DNA of 64,000 nucleotides from Candidatus Marinacidobacterium sp. (GTDB lineage Bacteria; Acidobacteriota; Vicinamibacteria; Marinacidobacterales; Marinacidobacteraceae), in the NCBI GenBank assembly GCA_965220965.1, contig OZ244852.1:96001-160000 (forward strand), read 5' to 3'. The position numbers and the translations under genes were made by a program. This document shows, piece after piece, positions 56,085-64,000 of the stretch. The notes below the pieces were generated by a model that saw nothing but the letters and a program-made list of their open reading frames with translations, was not told the origin of the DNA and made no database searches. The first letter of the stretch is position 1. Each line of letters starts with the position of its first letter.

Positions 56085-57797
56085 ATGACGCAGTTCACGA
56101 GGAAGTCGGTCCCCCGCGGGCTGATCGTCCTCCTTGCCCTGATGCTGGGGGCCGGTCTCGTGCTTTCGGGATGCGGTGAGGAAGAAGCAACCCCGGCTCC
56201 GGCGCCTGCGCCAGCTCCCGCGCCTGCGCCGGAGCCCGAGCCCGAGCCTGAGCCGGAACCCGAGCCGGAGCCCGAGCCTGGCCTCGAGGTCACCTTCTCG
56301 GCGCCGGACGGCGAGCATCCGATGGTTCCGGACGACGAAACGGACGCGGCCACCGCGATGGCGATGGTGAACCCCAAGATGACGGTCACCTCGAACATGC
56401 TGGCGGCGGTGACCCCGCTGTTCGTCGACGGCGCCTCGGCGGTCGCGGCGATGCCGGGCGACAGCACGCCGTTCGAGTTCGTCTCGTGGCACGCCGCGCA
56501 GTCGGCGGTGGTCAGCGGCGGCGCGACCTTCGCGGTGGTGAAGGCGTCGATCGGCGCGAACCAGGAAGTCGTTCCTTCGGGCGCGGTGAGCTACGTGACC
56601 TGCGGGCCGTTCGAGTGCCAGGCGGGCCAGGAAGCTCCGCCGATCTCGATCGCGAACTCGGCGGCCTGCGCTGGCTGGGATCCGAGCCTCGACCTCGAGG
56701 TCGGGAAAGTGGACAACGTCGGCGGCGCCGATAACGACGACGGCTACGACCTGGGCTGGGTCTACTCCTCGTCGCTCGCGTTCAACATCGAGCACGACTT
56801 CGGGACCTACACCGACGGCGGCACGACGAAGGACCACGCGAAGGGCACGAGCAAGGCGGTCACGATGGCCAACATCGGCCTCGCGATCATCGCGGACGCG
56901 GATGAGAACACCGACGGGCTCCAGAACCCGTGCGAGACCTATACGGGCGGCCAATCCGGCGACCTTCTCGAGCCGCGGGGCTGCTTCCGGCTGACGGCGG
57001 GGACGACGAACTTCCTTTCGGACTACACGGTCACGATCATGCCGCAGGGCGCGGGCGTTTCGTGGGGCAAGGTGAGCAACTGGGACGACGACCCGTTTGA
57101 AGGCCTGACCTGCGACAACCGGTCCTTCGAGGCGGCGGACTGGGTGGACTCCTGCGCCATGTTCGAGGACGAGGTCGACGCCGCGATCAGCGGCGCCAAG
57201 GTCGCCGCCGCGACGCTCGCCACCGGGACGAGCACGCTTGCCGATCTGGGCCTGACGCTGGGCTCCTCCGGGGACCAGTACACCGCGCTCCACTACACGG
57301 TGGGTGACAGCAAGACCGTTGCGGATCTCTTCGCGGGCGCCAACGCCGGCACGATCGGTGGCGCGATCGAGCTCCACGACACCGATGGGGACCCGAAATA
57401 CGGGGACTTCGGGAAGGTGAACACGATCAAGACCACCGCTGGCGACAACAACGACACCGCGGACAACTACTCCGGGAACTCGGACGCCGAGAAGTGCTCG
57501 GCCGAGGACGGCGGCGCCGCGGCCAAGCTGACCAAGGACGACGACGACAACGTCACCGGCGTCACGGCCTACAGCACGCTGTGCGACGCCGAGGATGTCG
57601 AGATGGAGGTCACGCTGAACTTCCACGACTTCGGCGCCTCGAAGGCGGCGGCCCACGCCTGCAAGGCGAGCCGGACGCTCAGCATCACCTGCCAGTGGGA
57701 CGCCGACGGCGGCATCGGCCGCCTGGCCAGCGACACGCCGGTGGCGGCGATCGCGCCCGGCAACATCGACAAGTTCCTGAGCTGCAAGGTCAACTGA
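56085..57797 (+). CDS. Cys-rich lipoprotein, array member A1 (unknown family)
   Basis: GGAGGTAGG RBS; lipobox LSGC; (AP)n(EP)n linker; 12 further Cys. Confidence 0.85.
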   Translation: MTQFTRKSVPRGLIVLLALMLGAGLVLSGCGEEEATPAPAPAPAPAPAPEPEPEPEPEPEPEPEPGLEVTFSAPDGEHPMVPDDETDAATAMAMVNPKMTVTSNMLAAVTPLFVDGASAVAAMPGDSTPFEFVSWHAAQSAVVSGGATFAVVKASIGANQEVVPSGAVSYVTCGPFECQAGQEAPPISIANSAACAGWDPSLDLEVGKVDNVGGADNDDGYDLGWVYSSSLAFNIEHDFGTYTDGGTTKDHAKGTSKAVTMANIGLAIIADADENTDGLQNPCETYTGGQSGDLLEPRGCFRLTAGTTNFLSDYTVTIMPQGAGVSWGKVSNWDDDPFEGLTCDNRSFEAADWVDSCAMFEDEVDAAISGAKVAAATLATGTSTLADLGLTLGSSGDQYTALHYTVGDSKTVADLFAGANAGTIGGAIELHDTDGDPKYGDFGKVNTIKTTAGDNNDTADNYSGNSDAEKCSAEDGGAAAKLTKDDDDNVTGVTAYSTLCDAEDVEMEVTLNFHDFGASKAAAHACKASRTLSITCQWDADGGIGRLASDTPVAAIAPGNIDKFLSCKVN

Positions 57798-57816
57798 GGC
57801 TGAACCAGTAACCGGG

Positions 57817-57848
57817 AGCCCCGGGGTCTTCGGACCCCGGGGCTTTTT
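57817..57848 (+). terminator. intrinsic terminator after A1
   Basis: AGCCCCGGGGTC-TTCG-GACCCCGGGGCT-TTTT. Confidence 0.9.
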
Positions 57849-57873
57849 CGGTGTACGGCGCCGCGGATGCGGG

Positions 57874-58361
57874 AATCTCTACGACGACCCGGACCGGCGG
57901 GCGGCTGATGGCTTCCGCCGCCTCGGCGGCCGCACCGGAGGCTTCGTCCGTCGGGCGTTCCCGCTCTTCGATGAGGACCGCGATCCCGGTTGCGACGATT
58001 TCGGCAAGCGGGATGTGGACCGGGACGACGATCCGGACATCCATGACAGCAGCAATCCTGACGCCGACGAGTGCGTGGCGACAGATGGCGGCGCGCCCCA
58101 GGAGAAGACCGCCCGCCGGCGTCGTGACGAGGCCCGGCTCGCTCTGCGCTTCCTCGGTCGAGCCGGGAACCACGCTGGACCTCCAGGACTTCTCGGGGGG
58201 CGATCCGGTCTGCCGGACCTCATGCACCTTCACGCTCCCCTGCTTCAGGGACGCCAGCGGCGACACCGACCAGGGTCGTGAGCCATACGCGCGAAGGGGC
58301 GCTCACCAACCTCAACGGGGAAGGCGTCCTCCCGCGCGCGGTGTCGGCGCGCCAGGGCTGA
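57874..58361 (+). pseudogene. 5'-deleted, frameshifted remnant of lipoprotein B
   Basis: Collinear with ~61740-62225 (NLY.DPD..., DDDPDI.DS.NPDADEC); extra C in GACCGCCCGCC; several conserved residues lost. Confidence 0.85.
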
Positions 58362-58385
58362 GGCCCCCGACCCTCGTCCGCGGAG

Positions 58386-58564
58386 GTAGGCGGGGTTGCC
58401 CTTGTCTGGTAGAATCGCGATACTGCGCGGGCTGGCGTTGCGGCGAATCACGTCGGAACGCGTCGGACCGGCGCGGCGCCGCTGGCCGGGATGGACGCCG
58501 GCGCGAAACCCCTCTTTTGCGTGCGTAGCACACGCCGGAGATGGCCTGCAGGAGGTAGGCGCAC
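58386..58564 (+). promoter_or_regulatory. conserved promoter/leader of A2 (extended -10 TGGTAGAAT)
   Basis: Near-identical to 62281-62460; TGnTAGAAT at 58407-58415. Confidence 0.6.
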
Positions 58565-60280
58565 ATGACACAGTTCACCAGGAAGTCGGTCCCCCGAGGG
58601 CTGATGCTTCTCCTCGTCCTGATGCTGGGCTCCGGTCTCGCGCTGTCGGGATGCGGAGAGGAAGAAGCAACCCCGGCTCCGGCGCCTGCGCCGGCGCCAG
58701 CTCCCGCCCCCGAACCGGAGCCCGAGCCTGAGCCGGAACCCGAGCCGGAGCCCGAGCCCGGCCTCGAGATCACCTTCTCGGCGCCGGACGGCGAGCATCC
58801 GATGGTTCCGGACGACGAAGAGGACGCCGCCACCGCGATGGCGATGGTGAACCCGAAGATGACGGTCACCTCGAACATGCTGGCGGCGGTCACTCCGCTG
58901 TTCGTTGACGGCGCCTCGGCGGTCGCGGCGATGCCAGGCAACAGCACGCCGTTCGAGTTCGTCTCGTGGCATGCCGCGCAGTCGGCGGTGGTCAGCGGCG
59001 GAGCGACCTTCGCGGTGGTGAAGGCGTCGATCGGCGCGAACCAGGAAGTCGTTCCTTCGGGCGCGGTGAGCTATGTGACCTGCGGGCCGTTCGAGTGCCA
59101 GGCGGGCCAGGAAGCTCCGCCGATCTCGATCGCGAACTCGGCGGCCTGCGCCGGCTGGGATCCGAGCCTCGACCTCGAGGTCGGGAAAGTGGACAACGTC
59201 GGCGGCGCCGATAACGACGACGGCTACGACCTGGGCTGGGTCTACTCCTCGTCGCTCGCGTTCAACATCGAGCACGACTTCGGGACCTACACCGACGGCG
59301 GCACGACGAAGGACCACGCGAAGGGCACGAGCAAGGCGGTCACGATGGCCAACATCGGCCTCGCGATCATCGCGGACGCGGATGAGAACACCGACGGGCT
59401 CCAGAACCCGTGCGAGACCTATACGGGCGGCCAATCCGGCGACCTGCTCGAGCCGCGGGGCTGCTTCCGGCTGACGGCGGGGACGACGAACTTCCTTTCG
59501 GACTACACGGTCACGATCATGCCGCAGGGCGCGGGCGTTTCGTGGGGCAAGGTGAGCAACTGGGACGACGACCCGTTTGAAGGCCTGACCTGCGACAACC
59601 GGTCCTTCGAGGCGGCGGACTGGGTGGACTCCTGCGCCATGTTCGAGGACGAGGTCGACGCCGCGCTCAGCGGCGCCAAGGTCGCCGCCGCAACGGTGGA
59701 CTCCAATCAACAGCTCAATGACCTGGGCCTGACGCTGGGCTCCTCCGGGGACCAGTACACCGCGCTCCACTACACGGTGGGTGACAGCAAGACCGTTGCG
59801 GATCTCTTTGCCGGCGCCAACGCCGGCACGATCGGTGGCGCGATCGAGCTCCACGACGCCGATGGGGACCCGAAATACGGGGACTTCGGCAAGGTGAACA
59901 CGATCGTCAGCGGCCGCGACGTTGCCATGAACGACGACAAGGCGGACAACTACGCCAACAACGCGGACGCCGAGAAGTGCGACGCCGCGGACGGCGGCGC
60001 CGCGGTCAAGCTGACCAAGGACGACGCCGGAACCGTCACCGGCGTCACGGCCTACAGCACGCTGTGCGACGCCGAGGATGTCGAGATGGAGGTCACGCTG
60101 AACTTCCACGACTTCGGCGCCTCGAAGGCGGCGGCCCACGCCTGCAAGGCGAGCCGGACGCTCAGCATCACCTGCCAGTGGGACGCCGACGGCGGCATCG
60201 GCCGCCTGGCCAGCGACACGCCGGTGACCACAATCACGGACGCCGACATGGGCAAGTTCCTGAGCTGCAAGGTCAACTGA
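58565..60280 (+). CDS. Cys-rich lipoprotein, array member A2
   Basis: Nearly identical to A1 apart from short variable patches. Confidence 0.88.
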   Translation: MTQFTRKSVPRGLMLLLVLMLGSGLALSGCGEEEATPAPAPAPAPAPAPEPEPEPEPEPEPEPEPGLEITFSAPDGEHPMVPDDEEDAATAMAMVNPKMTVTSNMLAAVTPLFVDGASAVAAMPGNSTPFEFVSWHAAQSAVVSGGATFAVVKASIGANQEVVPSGAVSYVTCGPFECQAGQEAPPISIANSAACAGWDPSLDLEVGKVDNVGGADNDDGYDLGWVYSSSLAFNIEHDFGTYTDGGTTKDHAKGTSKAVTMANIGLAIIADADENTDGLQNPCETYTGGQSGDLLEPRGCFRLTAGTTNFLSDYTVTIMPQGAGVSWGKVSNWDDDPFEGLTCDNRSFEAADWVDSCAMFEDEVDAALSGAKVAAATVDSNQQLNDLGLTLGSSGDQYTALHYTVGDSKTVADLFAGANAGTIGGAIELHDADGDPKYGDFGKVNTIVSGRDVAMNDDKADNYANNADAEKCDAADGGAAVKLTKDDAGTVTGVTAYSTLCDAEDVEMEVTLNFHDFGASKAAAHACKASRTLSITCQWDADGGIGRLASDTPVTTITDADMGKFLSCKVN

Positions 60281-60299
60281 CGCTGAAGCAGTGACCGGG

Positions 60300-60331
60300 A
60301 GCCCCGGGGTCTTCGGACCCCGGGGCTTTTT
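60300..60331 (+). terminator. intrinsic terminator after A2
   Basis: Identical to 57817-57848. Confidence 0.9.
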
Positions 60332-60494
60332 CGGTGTACGGCGCCGCGGAAACCCGGCGGCGAAGCCGTTCTGGCTCCCGCGCCCGGCGGCCCGGGGAGG
60401 CGCCGCTGGTAGGATCGGCGGAGTCGCCGAGATCCCTGCGCCGTCCTGAAAGGTGGGCGGCGTCACCCTGACGGCGACTGCAGGAGGACGCGCG

Positions 60495-62225
60495 ATGGCG
60501 CAGTTCATGAGGAAACCGGCCCCCCGGGGGCCGATCCTCCTCCTCGCCCTGACGCTGGGGGCCGGGCTCGCGCTCCCGGGATGCGGCGAGGAAGAGGCCG
60601 AGCCGGCGCCGGCCCCGGCGCCCACGCCGACGCCGGTTCCGCCGCCCGCGCCGGCGCCCGCGCCCGAGCCGGAACCCGAGACCCCGCCGCTCGAGGTGAC
60701 CTTCACGGCGCCCGCGGGCGAGGCGCCGATGGTCCCGGACGACGGGACGGACGCCGCGACCGCGATGGCGAGCGTGAACTCCGGGATGACCGTCTCCTCG
60801 AACGCGGTGGCGGCGGTGACCCCGCTGTTCGTCGAGGGCGCCTCGCCGGTGGCGTTGCTGCCGGGGGACAACACGCCGTTCCAGTACGTCTCGTGGCGCG
60901 CTCCGCAGTCGCTCGTCGTCGGCAGCGGGGCGACCTTCATGGTGGCGAAGGCCGCGATCGGGGCGAACCAGGAGGTCGTGCCTTCGGGCGCGGTCACCTA
61001 CGTGACCTGCGGACCGTTCCGGTGCCAGGAGGGCCGGGAAGCTCCCGAGCTTCTGGCGTCGGACACCCCGGCCTGCCAGGGCTGGAACCCGACGCTCACC
61101 CTCGAAGTCGGGCACGTGGACAACGACTTCGAAGGAGACGCGGCCACAAACTATGGCGCCAACGACGGCTTCGACCTCGGCTGGGTCTACTCCTCGTCGC
61201 TGGACTTCGACGCCCTCCACACCTTCGGCGCGCTCATCGCCGGGGGCGAGAGCTCGCACGCCAGCGGCTCCCGGAAGCCGATGGCGCTCGCGAACATGGG
61301 GGACGAGCTCATCGCGGACGCCGATCCGTCCCGGGACGGGGTCCAGGACCCGTGCCTGACTTACGACGGGAGCCAGTCCAACGACATCCTCAAGCCGCGC
61401 GGCTGCTTCCGGCTGAAGCCCAACCACTTGCCGGACTACGCGGTCACGCTGACGCCCGCGTCCGATGTCTCGTGGGGCCGGGTGACCAACCGGGCCGAAG
61501 ATCCGTTCACCGGTCTCAAGTGCGAGGCGGTGACGTTCCGGGCGGCCGACCAGGCGGACGCCTGCGCGCTGTTCGAGGCCGAAGTCGAGTACGCGACCGC
61601 CCCCCCGCTCCGGGTCACCGGAGTGGCCCTGCGCGGCGCCCTGTGGAACATCGACCTCGAAATGGAAGACATCTGGGAGCAGCGCCGTCCCCCGCGTCAG
61701 TACCGCACGCTGCCCTTTGCTGGCGAAGACGGCGTCTACAATCTCTACGAGGATCCGGACTGGCGGGCGGATGATGGCTTCCGCCCCTTCGGCGGCCACA
61801 CCTCGGGCGTCGTCCGCCGGCTGTTCCCGCTCCTCGATGAGGACGGGGATCCCCGTTACGGCGATTTCGGCAAGCCGGACGTGGACCGGGACGACGATCC
61901 GGACATCTATGACAGCACCAACCCCGACGCCGACGAGTGCACGGCGGCGGATGGCGGCGAGCCGCAGCAGAAGACCGCCGCCGGCGTCGTGACGAGGCCC
62001 GGCTCGCTCTGCGATTCCTCGGTCGAGCTGGAAGTCACGCTGGACTTCCAGGACTTCCCGGGGAGCGACCCGGTCTGCCGGACCTCACGGACGTTCACCC
62101 TCTCCTGCTTCTGGGACGCCAGCGGCGACATCGGCAAGGTCGTCGGTGACACGCGGGAGCGGGAGCTCCATAACCACAACTGGAGCAGCTTCCTCGAGTG
62201 CTCGGTGTCGGCGCGCCGGGACTGA
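60495..62225 (+). CDS. Cys-rich lipoprotein, divergent array member B
   Basis: AGGAGG RBS; lipobox LPGC; all 12 framework Cys align with A1/A2; TGGTAGGAT extended -10 at 60407. Confidence 0.85.
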   Translation: MAQFMRKPAPRGPILLLALTLGAGLALPGCGEEEAEPAPAPAPTPTPVPPPAPAPAPEPEPETPPLEVTFTAPAGEAPMVPDDGTDAATAMASVNSGMTVSSNAVAAVTPLFVEGASPVALLPGDNTPFQYVSWRAPQSLVVGSGATFMVAKAAIGANQEVVPSGAVTYVTCGPFRCQEGREAPELLASDTPACQGWNPTLTLEVGHVDNDFEGDAATNYGANDGFDLGWVYSSSLDFDALHTFGALIAGGESSHASGSRKPMALANMGDELIADADPSRDGVQDPCLTYDGSQSNDILKPRGCFRLKPNHLPDYAVTLTPASDVSWGRVTNRAEDPFTGLKCEAVTFRAADQADACALFEAEVEYATAPPLRVTGVALRGALWNIDLEMEDIWEQRRPPRQYRTLPFAGEDGVYNLYEDPDWRADDGFRPFGGHTSGVVRRLFPLLDEDGDPRYGDFGKPDVDRDDDPDIYDSTNPDADECTAADGGEPQQKTAAGVVTRPGSLCDSSVELEVTLDFQDFPGSDPVCRTSRTFTLSCFWDASGDIGKVVGDTRERELHNHNWSSFLECSVSARRD

Positions 62226-62280
62226 GGGCCGGGATCCGCTTCCGCCCCCCTGGCGTCACGCCGGGGGCGACCGGGTGGCG

Positions 62281-62460
62281 GTAGGCGGGGTTGCCCTTGT
62301 CTGGTAAAATCGCGATACTGCGCGGGCTGGCGTTGCGGCGATTCACGTCGGAATGCTGCGGACCGGCGCGGCAAGGCTGGCCGGGATGGACGCCGGCGTG
62401 AAAAACCCTCTTTTGCGTGAGTAGCACACGCCGGAGATGGCCTGCAGGAGGTAGGCGCAC
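62281..62460 (+). promoter_or_regulatory. conserved promoter/leader of A3 (extended -10 TGGTAAAAT)
   Basis: Copy of 58386-58564. Confidence 0.6.
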
Positions 62461-64000
62461 ATGACACAGTTCACCAGGAAGTCGGTCCCCCGAGGGCTGA
62501 TGCTCCTCCTCGTCCTGATGCTGGGGGCCGGCCTCGCGCTCTCGGGATGCGGAGAGGACGAAGAAACCGCGACTCCGGCGCCTGCGCCGGCGCCAACTCC
62601 CGCGCCGGAGCCCGAGCCCGAGCCTGAGCCGGAACCCGAGCCGGAGCCCGAGCCCGGCCTCGAGGTCACCTTCGCGGCGCCGGACGGCGAGTACCCGATG
62701 GTCCCGGACAACGGGGAGGACGCCGCCACCGCGATGGCCGCGGTGAACTCCAAGATGGTCGTCACCTCGAGCATGCTGGCGGCGGTGACCCCGATGTTCG
62801 TCGACGGCGCCGCGGCGGTTGCGGTGATGCCCGGCGAGAACACGCCGTTCGAGTTCGTCTCGTGGCACGCCGCACAGTCGGTCGTCGTGAGCGAGGGAGC
62901 GACCTTCGCGGTGGCCAGGGCCTCGATCGGCGCGAACCAGGAAGTCACGCCTACCGGCGCAGTGACCTACGTGACCTGCGGGCCCTTCGAGTGCCAGGCG
63001 GGCCAGGAGGCTCCGGCGATCTCGATCGCGAACTCGGCGGCCTGCTCCGGCTGGGACCCGAGCCTCGACCTCGAGGTCGGGAAGATCGACAACGTGGGCG
63101 GCGACCGGAACAACGACGGCTACGACCTTGGCTGGGTCTACTCCTCGAACCTCGCCTTCGATGTCGTGCACGACTTCGGCACCTACACCGACGGCGCCAC
63201 GACGAAGGACCACAAGAAGGGAACCCACCAGTCCGTCACGATGGTGAACATCGGCTCGGCCGTCATCGCCGACACGGACCCCAACACCGACGGAAACCAG
63301 GATCCGTGCGAGACCTACACCGGGAAGCAGTCCAACGACCTTCTCAAGCCGCGCGGCTGTTTCCGGCTGACGGCGGACGTCACGAACTACCTCTCGGACT
63401 ACTCGGTCACGATCAAGCCGCAGGGCGCGGGCGTTTCCTGGGGCAAGGTGGACGACTGGGAGGACGATCCGTTTGAAGGTCTCACCTGCGACAGCCTGTC
63501 CTTCGACGCGGCCGACTGGGTGGACTCCTGCGCGCTGTTCGAGACCGAGGTCGACGCCGCGATCAGCGGCGCCAAGGTCTCCGCCGCGACGGTGACGAAC
63601 AGCCAGCTCGGTGACCTGGGTCTGACGCTGGCCACCTCCGGGGAGCAGTACACGGCGCTCCACTACACGGTGGGCGACAGCAAGACGGTTGCGAACCTCT
63701 TCGGAGGCGCCAACGCCGGCTCGGTGGTTGGGGCGATCAAGCTCAACGACACCGATGGAGATCCGCTCTTTGGCGACTTCGGCAAGGTGAACACGATCAA
63801 CACCACCATCGGGAGCAACGACGACACCGCGGACAACTACACCGGGAACACCGACGCCCAGAAGTGCTCGGCGGAAGACGGCGGCGCCGCCGCCACGGGC
63901 AAGAAGGACGACGACGGCAACTTCACCGAGATCACGGCCTACAGCACGCTGTGCGACGCCGAGGATGTCGAGATGGAGGTCACGCTGAACTTCCACGACT
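62461..64000 (+). CDS. Cys-rich lipoprotein, array member A3 (runs off window end; absent from the ORF track)
   Basis: ATG 62461, MTQFTRKSVPRGLMLLLVLMLGAGLALSGC..., collinear with A1/A2 up to ...EVTLNFHD. Confidence 0.88.
   Translation, partial: MTQFTRKSVPRGLMLLLVLMLGAGLALSGCGEDEETATPAPAPAPTPAPEPEPEPEPEPEPEPEPGLEVTFAAPDGEYPMVPDNGEDAATAMAAVNSKMVVTSSMLAAVTPMFVDGAAAVAVMPGENTPFEFVSWHAAQSVVVSEGATFAVARASIGANQEVTPTGAVTYVTCGPFECQAGQEAPAISIANSAACSGWDPSLDLEVGKIDNVGGDRNNDGYDLGWVYSSNLAFDVVHDFGTYTDGATTKDHKKGTHQSVTMVNIGSAVIADTDPNTDGNQDPCETYTGKQSNDLLKPRGCFRLTADVTNYLSDYSVTIKPQGAGVSWGKVDDWEDDPFEGLTCDSLSFDAADWVDSCALFETEVDAAISGAKVSAATVTNSQLGDLGLTLATSGEQYTALHYTVGDSKTVANLFGGANAGSVVGAIKLNDTDGDPLFGDFGKVNTINTTIGSNDDTADNYTGNTDAQKCSAEDGGAAATGKKDDDGNFTEITAYSTLCDAEDVEMEVTLNFHD

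Noticed and set aside
62360-62450. c-di-GMP-I riboswitch in the A3 leader (GGCAA...GGACGC)
   Set aside because: Lacks the GNRA-capped P2 and GCAAAG core, and GGCAA is not conserved in the A2 copy.
56085-64000. Diversity-generating retroelement as the source of lipoprotein variation
   Set aside because: Differences include indels and are not confined to adenines; no reverse transcriptase or template repeat in the window.

Overview
High-GC bacterial chromosomal window. Gene content suggests Acidobacteriota, possibly host- or sponge-associated, but this is inference only. Housekeeping genes present: smpB, HU/IHF-coaBC-udg-priA, der-merR-tRNA-Pro(GGG), pepQ and tRNA-Pro(CGG). Other identifiable loci: a GspF/PilC plus pseudopilin cluster, comEA-fimT behind an apparent sigma54 promoter, a tripartite RND pump, a TonB-dependent receptor preceded by a CxxC...RAPP (CruR/DUF2946-like) leader ORF, and two orphan ATPase-nuclease genes. 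Three tandem expansions of secreted or surface proteins stand out: three Ig+LVIVD beta-propeller paralogs, two FN3 lipoproteins, and, from 56 kb to past the window end, an array of Cys-rich lipoproteins. That array has a fixed 12-Cys framework, near-identical blocks, short hypervariable patches, mosaic ancestry and one truncated pseudogene copy. It is the best candidate for an undescribed surface-variation system. No CRISPR array, rRNA, integrase, transposase or reverse transcriptase was recognised. All family assignments are by eye, without database searches.
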